Sequence record: NC_019407.1
Reading direction: 5' to 3' (one strand)
DNA length: 64,000 nucleotides
In this document: piece by piece, positions 27,617 through 36,737 of the stretch
Numbering within the stretch: the stretch's first letter is position 1
Layout: each line of letters begins with the position of its first letter
Notes under the pieces: model-generated
What the model was told of the DNA's origin: nothing
Databases searched by the model: none
Seen by the model: the letters and a program-made list of their open reading frames with translations, nothing else
Made by a program: the position numbers and the translations under genes

Positions 27617-27984
27617 TGCAACACCTCGACCCCCGCATCGGCGTCCTGAACTCGGGCGTCTACTACGCCTTCGTCGACGGCTACGACAAGCCCGAGACGC
27701 GCGGCACGCTCGAAGAGGTCGAGATCGCCCTGGGCCTGCGCGCTGCGAAGCCGACTCCGACCAAGCGCATCGTCGCCGCCCAGCCGGCCGTCAAGTCCTA
27801 CTCGGTCCACATGCGGTTCGAATATCCGGGCTGGAGCTACGTCGACGGCATCACCTACGAGGGCATGCTCGGTCGCACGAAGGCCGAAGCGATCCGCAAC
27901 GCCCGCGCCGAGGCCTTTGCCGACGGTCACCTGGGTGTCGGTCAGGGCCGCGTGTGGTTCAAGGCCACGGAAGAAGACGCCTAA
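27616..27984 (+). CDS. hypothetical protein
   Basis: TGATG overlap. Confidence 0.8.
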   Translation: MQHLDPRIGVLNSGVYYAFVDGYDKPETRGTLEEVEIALGLRAAKPTPTKRIVAAQPAVKSYSVHMRFEYPGWSYVDGITYEGMLGRTKAEAIRNARAEAFADGHLGVGQGRVWFKATEEDA

Positions 27985-27985
27985 G

Positions 27986-28219
27986 ATGAGCCGCATCCGC
28001 GTCATCGACCGCGACGGGTTCATGCAGGGCTGGGTCGACGCCCGCGTCGGCCTGCCGACCTATTCTGGCCCCGTCACCCGCTGGACCGAGAAGGGCTCGT
28101 TCTGGACCACCGGCGCCGACGGTGAAGAACGCCTGTGGAAGGCCGGCAATCACCAGCCCTGCGTCTACAAGAGCAAGCTCCGCAAGAGCGACATCATCCA
28201 CGAACGATCGGAGGGCTAA
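27986..28219 (+). CDS. hypothetical protein
   Basis: Start moved to MSRIRV. Confidence 0.72.
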   Translation: MSRIRVIDRDGFMQGWVDARVGLPTYSGPVTRWTEKGSFWTTGADGEERLWKAGNHQPCVYKSKLRKSDIIHERSEG

Positions 28220-28220
28220 C

Positions 28221-28535
28221 GTGAGTCTGATGACCTATCTGGCCGGCGCGGCAGTCACCGGCGCGGCCCTCTCGGTGTACGTCTTCAAGGTCCGGGCGCC
28301 GGTGGTGAGGGAGACCTACACCCACACCTGGGGCTACGTCAAAACTGACGACGTGGGCGAGACCGGCAACGTGATCATGGCCATCGCCGTCTTCGCGGCG
28401 ATCTGGCCCCTGACGGCCGCCCTTGGGATCGTCATGGGTCTCTGGCATGTCCTGGTCCGCACCGTCGACGGTGCGTGGCGACGCAAGACCGATCGCCGCG
28501 AGACCACCTACGTTGGTCACCACCCCTATCTGTGA
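28221..28535 (+). CDS. small membrane protein (2 TM)
   Basis: GTG or ATG start after GGAGGG; two hydrophobic segments. Confidence 0.72.
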   Translation: MSLMTYLAGAAVTGAALSVYVFKVRAPVVRETYTHTWGYVKTDDVGETGNVIMAIAVFAAIWPLTAALGIVMGLWHVLVRTVDGAWRRKTDRRETTYVGHHPYL

Positions 28536-28564
28536 CCGCCGCCAGCCTCGCTGGCTTCAGTGTG

Positions 28565-28593
28565 TTGACGGCGCGTCGATCGCCCGCTAAGAA
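28565..28593 (+). promoter_or_regulatory. sigma70-type promoter with a degenerate downstream box
   Basis: TGTG-TTGACG-N17-TAAGAA; downstream GACGGTCAC. Confidence 0.65.
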
Positions 28594-28651
28594 GGGCTGA
28601 CGGTCACGCTCTGGCTGCATGAATTTTCAATCCGAAAGGGGCCTTAAGTCC

Positions 28652-30682
28652 ATGGATTTCCACGTCTTTAAGACGGCTGTCGCCAAGCAGTGGGCCGCGA
28701 TGACCAAGGGTGACGCGACCTTGTTCCGCGTCGACGTCGACAAGGACCTCCTGTGGTCGACCTACCTGAAGGCGTTCCCGGCCGGGACCGATCCGATCTT
28801 CCGCGAGCGCTCCGAGCACGACTGCTCGTGCTGCCGCAACTTCATCCGAAACGCCGGCGACGCCGTGGCGGTGGTCAACGGCCAGATCGTCACGATCTGG
28901 GACTGGCCGATCGAGGGCGAGCCGGCCTATCAGCAGGTCTCCCAGACCCTGGCGGCGCTGGTCCGTTCGCGCCCGGTGCGCGACATCTTCCTGCACGACC
29001 AGAAGACCATCGGGACCGACAAGAACGTCGAGACCATGCTGGGCGGCGACGTCACCTGGAACCACTTCTTCGTCAATGTCCCCTCGCGCTTCGTCAAGAA
29101 GGGTAAGGACATCCCGACCGCGCTCCACATCCCGCGCACCGCGCAGGAGACGCTTCTGCGCGCCGTGACCGAGATCACCGACGAGGCGATCGACACGGTG
29201 CTGGACCTGATCGCCCAGAACGCGCTCTATCGCGGGGCCGAACACAAGTCGGCGGTGGTGGCGTTCCAGAAGGCCAAGAAGACCTTCGAGGGCCTGTCGG
29301 CCGCCGACAAGGCGCTGAAGGCCTGGGTCAACGTCGCGAGCGGTGAAATCTGGGGCTCGGTCTCGGGCATCCGGAGCACGGTGATCGGCTCGCTGCTGGT
29401 CGACCTGTCGGCTGACGTCGACCTGGAGGACGCGGTCAAGAAGTTCGAGGCCAAGGTCGCGCCGCACAACTACAAGCGCACGACCGCCCTGGTGACCAAG
29501 AAGCAGATCGAGAACGCCAAGAAGACGATCTCCGACCTGGGCCTGACCTCGGCCCTGGAGCGGCGCTACGCCGTCCTCAAGGACGTGTCGATCAACGACG
29601 TGCTGTTCGCCGACCGCGACGCCAAGTCGGTGATGAACGACGTCTTCGACGATCTGGCCGCCGACGTCGCCGAGAAGACCAAGTCCTACGACAAGGTCGA
29701 GGAGGTCTCGATCGACAAGTTCCTGTCCGACATCCTCCCGAGGGTGTCGAGCGTCGAGGCCCTGGTCGAGAACCGCCTGACGAGCAATTTCGTCAGCCTG
29801 ATCGCGCCGGTCGATCCGACCGCCGGCTCCCTCTTCAAGTGGGGGAACAACTTCTCCTGGTCCTATGCCGGGGAGGTGGCGGACTCGATCAAGGCCCGCG
29901 TCAAGGCGGCCGGCGGCAACGTCACCGGCGATCTCTGCTGCCGTCTGGCGTGGTTCAACTATGACGACCTCGACTTCCACATGAAGGAACCGGGCGGCAA
30001 CCTGATCTACTTCCGCCAGAAGTCCTCGCCCTACACGGGCGGGCGCCTCGACGTCGACATGAACGCCGGCGGGGGCCATACCCGCGAGCCGGTCGAGAAC
30101 ATCTTCTACGGCGATCGCCGGACGATGAAGGAAGGCGTCTACGAACTGATGGTCCATCAGTTCAGCAAGCGCGAGTCCAGCAACGTCGGCTTCGAGGTGG
30201 AGATCGACTACCTGGGCTCGATCACCCGCTATGCCTACACCACCGCCCTGCGCCCGGATCAGGTCGTCAAGGTGGCGCAGTTCAAGTACAGCCACGCGCG
30301 CGGCATCGAGTTCATCTCCTCGCTTCCGGCCTCGTCGGCGAGCAAGGACGTCTGGGGCGTCAAGACCGAGACCTTCCGCAGGGTCAACGTCATCATGCTC
30401 TCGCCCAACCACTGGGAAGGCGAGCCGGGCGTGGGGAACAAGCACTGGTTCTTCATGCTGGACGGGGGCGTCAACGAGGACGGCGCCCGTGGCTTCTACA
30501 ACGAGTTCCTGAAGGACAGCCTCACGCCCCACCGTCGCGTCTTCGAGATGCTGGGGTCCAAGCTGAAGCCCGCGCCGGCGGCGGAACAACTCTCCGGCCT
30601 GGGCTTCTCCTCGACCAAGCGCGACGAACTCGTCGTGCGCGTCAAGGGGGCCTTCACCCGTACCCTCAAGATCAAATTCTAA
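28652..30682 (+). CDS. large phage protein with a C-terminal YfaP/DUF2135-like domain
   Basis: EHDCSCCRNF near the N-terminus; LAWFNYDDLDFHMKEPGG...GGRLDVDMN...PVENI pattern. Confidence 0.8.
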   Translation: MDFHVFKTAVAKQWAAMTKGDATLFRVDVDKDLLWSTYLKAFPAGTDPIFRERSEHDCSCCRNFIRNAGDAVAVVNGQIVTIWDWPIEGEPAYQQVSQTLAALVRSRPVRDIFLHDQKTIGTDKNVETMLGGDVTWNHFFVNVPSRFVKKGKDIPTALHIPRTAQETLLRAVTEITDEAIDTVLDLIAQNALYRGAEHKSAVVAFQKAKKTFEGLSAADKALKAWVNVASGEIWGSVSGIRSTVIGSLLVDLSADVDLEDAVKKFEAKVAPHNYKRTTALVTKKQIENAKKTISDLGLTSALERRYAVLKDVSINDVLFADRDAKSVMNDVFDDLAADVAEKTKSYDKVEEVSIDKFLSDILPRVSSVEALVENRLTSNFVSLIAPVDPTAGSLFKWGNNFSWSYAGEVADSIKARVKAAGGNVTGDLCCRLAWFNYDDLDFHMKEPGGNLIYFRQKSSPYTGGRLDVDMNAGGGHTREPVENIFYGDRRTMKEGVYELMVHQFSKRESSNVGFEVEIDYLGSITRYAYTTALRPDQVVKVAQFKYSHARGIEFISSLPASSASKDVWGVKTETFRRVNVIMLSPNHWEGEPGVGNKHWFFMLDGGVNEDGARGFYNEFLKDSLTPHRRVFEMLGSKLKPAPAAEQLSGLGFSSTKRDELVVRVKGAFTRTLKIKF

Positions 30683-30701
30683 CGGAAGGACCTGAAAGAC
30701 C

Positions 30702-31124
30702 ATGAGCACCGACCTCTTCGAAATCGCCGCGCGCGAGAAGTTCCGCTTCGACAGCCCCAAGGGTCTCCTGGGCGTGGAAGAACTGTTCGACCTGCCGCTG
30801 ACCAGCACCGTCGCCGGCAAGGCCAACCTGAACGACATCGCCGTCGACCTGTTCAAGCAGATCAAGGACCTCGACAACATCTCGTTCGTCACGCCCAAGA
30901 AGGTCGACCCCTCGATCGGTCAGCGCCTGGACATCGTCAAGCGGGTGATCGAGATCAAGCAGGCCGAGAACGCGGCAAAGCTGAAGACCGCCCAGGACAA
31001 GGAGACCCTGCGCATCCTCGACGAGGCGATCGCCGCCAAGAAGTCCGAGAAGATCGCCGGCACCTCGCTGGAAGACCTGGAAGCCCAGCGCGCGGCCCTG
31101 CTCTCGGGCGGCGCCTCGGCCTAA
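30702..31124 (+). CDS. hypothetical phage protein, probable partner of the upstream gene
   Basis: LFEIAAREKFRFDSPKG..VEELFDLPL; coiled-coil C-terminus. Confidence 0.82.
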   Translation: MSTDLFEIAAREKFRFDSPKGLLGVEELFDLPLTSTVAGKANLNDIAVDLFKQIKDLDNISFVTPKKVDPSIGQRLDIVKRVIEIKQAENAAKLKTAQDKETLRILDEAIAAKKSEKIAGTSLEDLEAQRAALLSGGASA

Positions 31125-31150
31125 GCCTCCGGGCAGGCTGACATAGGCGC

Positions 31151-31206
31151 TTGACAACACTCTCGCGCCAACATAGAAGGGCCTCCGACGACAACGCCGG
31201 AGGCCC
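31151..31206 (+). promoter_or_regulatory. class-B promoter cassette
   Basis: TTGACA-N17-TAGAAG-N7-GACGACAAC; GGGCCTCCG/CGGAGGCCC inverted repeat. Confidence 0.88.
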
Positions 31207-31211
31207 TTTTC

Positions 31212-31664
31212 ATGCCTTATCCGATCCAGATCGATCCCATCATCCTCGCCCTCGGCAGCGCCTGGAAGGCGGCCGACGCCTTGGCGCTCGACCTGCGCCA
31301 CAAGTGGTCCTGCGCCACCAATGACCGCAGCGCCTATGAGGCCTGGAAGGTCGCCGACGATGTGCGCAACGCCGCCTTCAAGGCCATGACCTACGCCCTG
31401 CCCGATCCGGGCAAGCCGGTGTTCATCAGCCCGACCGACTGGCTGGCCGACAAGGACAACTGGCGCACCGAGTACGCGCCGGTCCGGGTCTGGAACGGCG
31501 CGGACCACTACAAGGACTGGTACCCGTGCCTGGGCCACTACGAGTTCAACGTTCGCACCGGCGAGCGCTTCTACCGTGGGGCCGAGATGTTCGACCGCTG
31601 CGTCGAGGAGGCCGCCCGGCGCAATGCCGAGTACGCGGCATACTACGCCAAGCAGGCCGCATGA
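31212..31664 (+). CDS. hypothetical protein
   Basis: SD GGAGG. Confidence 0.82.
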   Translation: MPYPIQIDPIILALGSAWKAADALALDLRHKWSCATNDRSAYEAWKVADDVRNAAFKAMTYALPDPGKPVFISPTDWLADKDNWRTEYAPVRVWNGADHYKDWYPCLGHYEFNVRTGERFYRGAEMFDRCVEEAARRNAEYAAYYAKQAA

Positions 31665-31867
31665 CCGTCTCCCCCGAACTCGCCGCGCTCCTGGATGAGC
31701 AGCCCAAGGACAGCCCTCAAGCGGTCACGGCCTGGATGGCGAGGAAACTGGCCGATCGCCTGATCGTGGCCGTCCGGACGATGGACCGCCAGTCGGCCGA
31801 TTACGAAGTCCAAGACGTCGCCGATGACCTGATCAAGCTCGCCAACATCGAAGAGTTCGGCGAATGA
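31661..31867 (+). CDS. hypothetical protein
   Basis: Start moved to MTVSPEL. Confidence 0.72.
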   Translation: MTVSPELAALLDEQPKDSPQAVTAWMARKLADRLIVAVRTMDRQSADYEVQDVADDLIKLANIEEFGE

Positions 31868-32109
31868 AATCCGTTCAGGTCCAGCGCGGCAAGACCACCT
31901 ACCACGTCACCTTCGACGAGGCCGGGCAGGTCTCGTCGATCATCGGCGTCGCGGTGGTCGGCAAGGTCCCGCGCTACAAGGGCGGCACGCGCCGCATCAC
32001 CTATTCCGGCGCCGGCAACGGCTGGCACGCCAGCGCCGGCCGCCCCATCCCCATGCAGCTTCGCCCGATCGCGGACGAGGCGTTCCAGATCAAGGAGGCC
32101 CAGTCTTGA
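31864..32109 (+). CDS. hypothetical protein
   Basis: ATGA overlap. Confidence 0.75.
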   Translation: MKSVQVQRGKTTYHVTFDEAGQVSSIIGVAVVGKVPRYKGGTRRITYSGAGNGWHASAGRPIPMQLRPIADEAFQIKEAQS

Positions 32110-32909
32110 GCGACTTCCAGCTTTCCGCCCAGCACCAGCGGATCGTCAACAACACGATCGACGCGCTGGACTATCTCTTCCGGCGCAACGGCGAGCCGTC
32201 CTCGGGCGGCGAGATGCCGTTCAACCGGCTCGATCTCGGGAGCATCGCCGACAACATCTCGGCCGTCCTGGCGGTGCTCCCCAGCCACGCCGACATCCTG
32301 ACGAAGTACCTCTTCATCGCCCAGGGGCTGCTTCGCGAGATCGCCAACTACCACGCGGCCAAGCCTGACGAACTGCGCCGGATGGCGCAGGCCCTGCGCC
32401 CCTTCTACAAGACCCGCGCCGCCGCTGGTCTGTCGCCGGCGGCCCAGCAGACCCTCGATTTCATGGTCGAAGGCCTGCGCTTCCTGGCCGAGAACGACTG
32501 CGAGCCTCCGTCGGGTGGCGAGCAGATGTACAACCGCATCTCGCTTCTGAGCCGCACCGGCTCGGACGCCAAGCGCCTGCGCCAGGAGGCCCCCAACCTC
32601 GACGTGGTGATCACCCAGGTCGAGGCCCTGTTCATCGACCTCTGGCATTATCGCGCCATCGCCCTGAAGGACGTCCAGGACGCCTTGGAGGTCCTGGAGC
32701 CCTACTATGTTCCGCCCGCCTGGACGGTCGCGCCGGCCCCTGCGCCGGCTAAGCCCGCCGCCCGCATCGTCTCGAAGGCCGAGGCCCTGGAACTCCTCGA
32801 CCACATCGCCACGACGGCCTCCGTCCTGCGGATGCAGATGGGACCGGCCAACGCCGACATCACACTGGAGCGAGTCAAGACGCTCGAAGCCTTCGTCAAT
32901 CAGCAATAG
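32106..32909 (+). CDS. hypothetical protein with an internal tandem duplication
   Basis: EPSSGGEMPFNR...LRPFY and EPPSGGEQMYNR...LEPYY. Confidence 0.8.
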   Translation: MSDFQLSAQHQRIVNNTIDALDYLFRRNGEPSSGGEMPFNRLDLGSIADNISAVLAVLPSHADILTKYLFIAQGLLREIANYHAAKPDELRRMAQALRPFYKTRAAAGLSPAAQQTLDFMVEGLRFLAENDCEPPSGGEQMYNRISLLSRTGSDAKRLRQEAPNLDVVITQVEALFIDLWHYRAIALKDVQDALEVLEPYYVPPAWTVAPAPAPAKPAARIVSKAEALELLDHIATTASVLRMQMGPANADITLERVKTLEAFVNQQ

Positions 32910-32917
32910 GGGCCAGC

Positions 32918-33367
32918 ATGACCACTCCGCTCTGTCTGAATCCGGACGGCGCCGACTTCCAGGCCCAGGCCGTCCTCGCCCTGGTCCGCTTCGTCATCGG
33001 CGACGACTTCGAGCCGTCCTGGAACGCCCAGAAGCAGGTCTTCGAGGGCGAGCCCCAGGTCGCCCGCTTCGATAGCCCGCGCTGCCACGGCTACGTGATC
33101 TGGCTGGTCGATCACCGCGCGGCGGTGTTCGGCGGCGAGGCCCGGCAGATCAACATCACCCTCTACCAACACGGGGTCAGCGACGAGATCGTCATCAACG
33201 CGTGGCTGGGCGAAACCAACCGCTGGATGGTCCCGACCTATCACGACATGCCCGGCCTCGATCTGATGTTCAGGCACGTGACCTTCCGCTGCCTGGACGT
33301 CAAGTCGGCCGCCTACTACGTCGCCGACCTGATGAAGGAGTTCTGGGCCGAGGGCTCGCCGCGATGA
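32918..33367 (+). CDS. hypothetical protein
   Basis: Packed chain. Confidence 0.78.
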   Translation: MTTPLCLNPDGADFQAQAVLALVRFVIGDDFEPSWNAQKQVFEGEPQVARFDSPRCHGYVIWLVDHRAAVFGGEARQINITLYQHGVSDEIVINAWLGETNRWMVPTYHDMPGLDLMFRHVTFRCLDVKSAAYYVADLMKEFWAEGSPR

Positions 33368-33666
33368 GCGACCACGATGCCTGCCTGACCAACTGGGTCC
33401 TCTGCGACGCGCCCGGCGGCGGGCTGGTGGTGATCGGCGAAATCATGGCCGACAAGCGCGGGCGCTGGCCGGACGGGCGGCTCATCCACACCTCGCTCCT
33501 CCAGGTCAAGGCCGAGGCGGTGGCGCCGGGCGCGGTGGTCGCCACGCTCAACTCCCGCTACATCCTGGGGCGCAAGGCCGAGGAGATCACCGTCCGGCAC
33601 TTCGTCGGGGCGATGCTCGCCCGCGTCGCGATCAGACCGCTTGACAACACTCTCGCGCCAACATAG
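33364..33666 (+). CDS. hypothetical protein
   Basis: Start at MSDHDA; G.I..DKRGRWPDG..IHTS...TLNSRY motif. Confidence 0.75.
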   Translation: MSDHDACLTNWVLCDAPGGGLVVIGEIMADKRGRWPDGRLIHTSLLQVKAEAVAPGAVVATLNSRYILGRKAEEITVRHFVGAMLARVAIRPLDNTLAPT

Positions 33667-33685
33667 AAGGTTCCTCGACGACAAC
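33641..33685 (+). promoter_or_regulatory. class-B promoter cassette
   Basis: TTGACA-N17-TAGAAG-N7-GACGACAAC. Confidence 0.88.
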
Positions 33686-33688
33686 GGC

Positions 33689-33718
33689 TGTCCGAAATTT
33701 GTAGACGGATTTCGGACA
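33689..33718 (+). promoter_or_regulatory. leader hairpin or operator
   Basis: Perfect inverted repeat TGTCCGAAAT-N10-ATTTCGGACA between the promoter and the SD. Confidence 0.7.
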
Positions 33719-33733
33719 TAGAGGAGCAACCCG

Positions 33734-34117
33734 ATGGCCCAGCGCCTGAAGATCAAGGAAGTCGTGGTGGCGCAGCAGGACGCTGTCTACCACTGGCGTG
33801 GCGAGGAAGGTGACGAGTATCAGGTCATGAGCCTCGTCCACGTCCAGACCCTGGACGGCCGCTGGTTCCTGATGCCGGCCATGCGCCCCTACACGCGCGC
33901 CGAGGAGGCCGCGTTCGACGAGGCCTGCGGCGAAATCCTGTTTGGGATGAAGACCCGCTACTCGGACCCGCAGGCCTTCGCCGCCATCGTCCGCGCCGCC
34001 GGCTCGATCGATCCTGATCTGTGGGTCGAGTATCAGCCCGACACCCGCACCCTGGAAGAGAAGTTCCACGACGACTGGGTCGAGGAACAGTTCGACCGCC
34101 AACGCTTCGCCGCCTGA
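33734..34117 (+). CDS. hypothetical protein
   Basis: SD GAGGAG. Confidence 0.82.
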   Translation: MAQRLKIKEVVVAQQDAVYHWRGEEGDEYQVMSLVHVQTLDGRWFLMPAMRPYTRAEEAAFDEACGEILFGMKTRYSDPQAFAAIVRAAGSIDPDLWVEYQPDTRTLEEKFHDDWVEEQFDRQRFAA

Positions 34118-34127
34118 GGAGGACCCG

Positions 34128-34595
34128 ATGAGCTACCAACAAGCCCTGATGGACGCCCAGGCCGCGTTCCACGCCCACGAGATGGACGTCAACGACCGCG
34201 CCTGGGAGCGCTGGCTCAAGAAGCTGGAGGACGTCCTCGGCTTCGATGTCGACGCCGACAACTCCAAGGAGGCCAAGGCCTTCCACTGCGACATGGGCTA
34301 CTCGCTCGACGAGACCTTCGAGATGTTCGACAAGGGCATGAGTGTCGAGCAGGCCCGCGTCGCCATCCTGCGCGCGTGCTACGAGGCCGCCGCCCGCGCT
34401 GCTGGCGTGGGCCTGGACGCCCTGGTCGAGGCCGAGGCGCGCGCCGTCGCCACCCGCGACGCCCTGCCTGAAAAGCGCAAGGTGGACCGCGAGCAGTACG
34501 CCCGCTACGCCGAACTGCTGGGCAAGATGATCGCCCGCATCCGCGAGGTCGGCGACGACTCGGGCGCGGCGCTTGAGAAGGCGTTCGGCCAATGA
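34128..34595 (+). CDS. hypothetical protein
   Basis: SD GAGGAGG. Confidence 0.82.
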   Translation: MSYQQALMDAQAAFHAHEMDVNDRAWERWLKKLEDVLGFDVDADNSKEAKAFHCDMGYSLDETFEMFDKGMSVEQARVAILRACYEAAARAAGVGLDALVEAEARAVATRDALPEKRKVDREQYARYAELLGKMIARIREVGDDSGAALEKAFGQ

Positions 34596-34819
34596 GCGGC
34601 GGTCTCCACATGCGCCGGATCGATCACCCGCCGGGCCACGAGCTACATGGCGTCACCGAGCGCGAGTTCGAGTGGTTCGGCAAGTCCTACCACGTGCGCA
34701 AGGAGTCCGGCGCCGTGCGGGTCTGGGTCCGCAAGAAGCGCGGGAGCCACTATCGCTTCCTGGCGCGCGACAGCGTGATCGCCGCCTGCGTCCGCCAAGC
34801 CTCGGGGCTCTTCCAATGA
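34592..34819 (+). CDS. hypothetical basic protein
   Basis: ATGA overlap. Confidence 0.72.
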   Translation: MSGGLHMRRIDHPPGHELHGVTEREFEWFGKSYHVRKESGAVRVWVRKKRGSHYRFLARDSVIAACVRQASGLFQ

Positions 34820-35208
34820 GCCGCCCGTCGATCGCGGTGGTCGCCGCCACGCCGGCCCTGGCGCCCATGCACTGGGAGATCGTCGACCTCCAGGTCTGCG
34901 ACGACAGCCGGGTCAAGCTGAACGGCGATGGGACGATGTTCGCCCGCGCCGCCGATCCGACGGCGCTGGGCTGGATTCCGTTCAAGATCGTCCTGGGCTG
35001 CTTTGAGACCTTCGCCGACGCCTACGAGGCCCGCAACAAGGCCCGGTCGCTCTGGTTCAAAGCGGCCGAAACGGTCGACGCCGCCGCCGAGGCGGTGGTC
35101 GCCGCAGAACAGGCCCTGGCGCGCGCCCGCGCCGTCCAGGCCCAAGCTGAAAGCGCCCAGCGCGCGTCCTGTCGCGAGCCGTTCCTCGGCACGCCCACCG
35201 ACTACTAG
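34816..35208 (+). CDS. hypothetical protein
   Basis: Start moved to MSRPSI. Confidence 0.75.
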   Translation: MSRPSIAVVAATPALAPMHWEIVDLQVCDDSRVKLNGDGTMFARAADPTALGWIPFKIVLGCFETFADAYEARNKARSLWFKAAETVDAAAEAVVAAEQALARARAVQAQAESAQRASCREPFLGTPTDY

Positions 35209-35216
35209 GAGGTCCC

Positions 35217-35594
35217 ATGCGCAAGCCCAAGAAGACCGAGCAGGCCTATATCGTGTCGGGGACGTGGCCGTTTCCGACCGACATGCTGCGCTACGACGAC
35301 GCCCGCCCGGCGACCGAGGGCGACGCCAACCTGATCAAGGCCCTGGAGAGCGAGGACCCCTCGCTTTCAGACCTGCGCAACCGCGTCCAGATCAAGCTGA
35401 TCCGCCCGGCCAACGGCCTGCCCGCCGTCAAGCGCTGGGAGTCCTTCCTCTGGAAGGTCGTGGGCGGCGACGAGGAGGTCGCGGCGGACGTGGCGTGGCG
35501 CGAGGCCCTGGATAACCGCGACGCCCTGCGCAAGTCCGGCCTCGCCAAGCTGACCCCCGCCGAGCGCGCCGCGCTCAATCTCGACATCCGCTAG
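35217..35594 (+). CDS. hypothetical protein
   Basis: SD GGAGG; FPTDMLRYD motif. Confidence 0.82.
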   Translation: MRKPKKTEQAYIVSGTWPFPTDMLRYDDARPATEGDANLIKALESEDPSLSDLRNRVQIKLIRPANGLPAVKRWESFLWKVVGGDEEVAADVAWREALDNRDALRKSGLAKLTPAERAALNLDIR

Positions 35595-35608
35595 GACAAG
35601 GAGGTCCC

Positions 35609-36094
35609 ATGCCCTGCAATTCCGAATATCAACAGCCGAACGCGCGCGAAGCCGAGTCCAAGAAGGTCGCCGGCCTGCTGGTCTATGTCCACGATAAGCT
35701 GGGCCGCACCGATCTTTCGAGCAGCATCCGTACCATCGCCAACATCTATTACGGCGCGCCCGGCCGTTGCGATGAACTGACCGAACGGCTCTGCTCGATG
35801 CTGCGCGACCTGACGGTCGATGAGCAGAACGAGGTCATCTACGACGGCCGCAATCCCAAGGCGCGCGAACTGGCCGACTGGTGGGAGCGCCACCAGGAGC
35901 ATGACCGCAAGCGCGCCGAGGCCGAAGCCCAGGCCGCCAAGCCCACGCTGAAGCAAGCCGTCTCGGCGGTGATCGCCCAACTCGACTATTCGGCCGACGG
36001 CAAGGTGTTCCCGACCGAAGGCGGCGAGGCCCTGCCGCCGAAACTGGCCCAGGCGTTGAACGCCATGACCGACGCCTGGAACGACGGGCGCTGA
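35609..36094 (+). CDS. hypothetical protein
   Basis: SD AAGGAGG; starts MPC; LADWWERHQEHDRKR motif. Confidence 0.82.
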   Translation: MPCNSEYQQPNAREAESKKVAGLLVYVHDKLGRTDLSSSIRTIANIYYGAPGRCDELTERLCSMLRDLTVDEQNEVIYDGRNPKARELADWWERHQEHDRKRAEAEAQAAKPTLKQAVSAVIAQLDYSADGKVFPTEGGEALPPKLAQALNAMTDAWNDGR

Positions 36095-36111
36095 TCGTTG
36101 GCTCCGATGTG

Positions 36112-36157
36112 TTGACAAGAAGCGGCGGCCTCCTGTAGAAGCATCCTCGACGACAAC
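36112..36157 (+). promoter_or_regulatory. class-B promoter cassette
   Basis: TTGACA-N18-TAGAAG-N7-GACGACAAC, then AGGAGG. Confidence 0.85.
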
Positions 36158-36170
36158 AGGAGGCCCCGCC

Positions 36171-36665
36171 TTGACCGACACCATCGCGCCCGGAACCGAG
36201 TTCGAAGACGCCGTCGCCCTCGGCGTCGAGATCATCCAGTCCAAGCCGCCGCACCTGACCGCCCGTGAGGCGGTCGAGAAGTTCCAGCACCAGCCGGACG
36301 AGTTCCGCCTGCTGGTGACCCGCTTCAACAAGGCGACCGCCGCCTTGCCGGCGGTGGTCCACGGCCACCAGTTGCAGTCGACCTGCGCCAAGTGGGTGCT
36401 CGACTCGGCCCAGCGGTTGATCGACCTGCCGTTCGAGACGATCGAGCAGCGCGTGGCGTTCTACGCCAAGCAGATGACGCTCCCGGCCTACGGCTACCTG
36501 ATGGATCGCTACAAGGACCGGCTCGACGCCAAGATCGCCATCATCCGGGCCTGCCTGGAAGACCGCAACCACGTCGGTGCCAGCTACAACCTTGGCATCC
36601 TGGAAGAGGACTTCCAGGAGATGGTCGACCGTCACGACGATCTGGTCTCGGACGGCTACCCTTGA
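36171..36665 (+). CDS. hypothetical protein
   Basis: TTG start after AGGAGG. Confidence 0.8.
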   Translation: MTDTIAPGTEFEDAVALGVEIIQSKPPHLTAREAVEKFQHQPDEFRLLVTRFNKATAALPAVVHGHQLQSTCAKWVLDSAQRLIDLPFETIEQRVAFYAKQMTLPAYGYLMDRYKDRLDAKIAIIRACLEDRNHVGASYNLGILEEDFQEMVDRHDDLVSDGYP

Positions 36666-36672
36666 TGGGCGC

Positions 36673-36701
36673 TTGCAGCCGTCACAACTCCAGCCTAGCT
36701 T
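36673..36701 (+). promoter_or_regulatory. possible sigma70-type promoter
   Basis: TTGCAG-N17-TAGCTT upstream of a two-gene unit. Confidence 0.45.
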
Positions 36702-36737
36702 CCTCGCGCCGCGCTGTTGCGGTCATGAGGATTCGAA

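Noticed and set aside
28604-30898. 764-aa minus-strand ORF
   Set aside because: It is the antisense shadow of 28652-30682.
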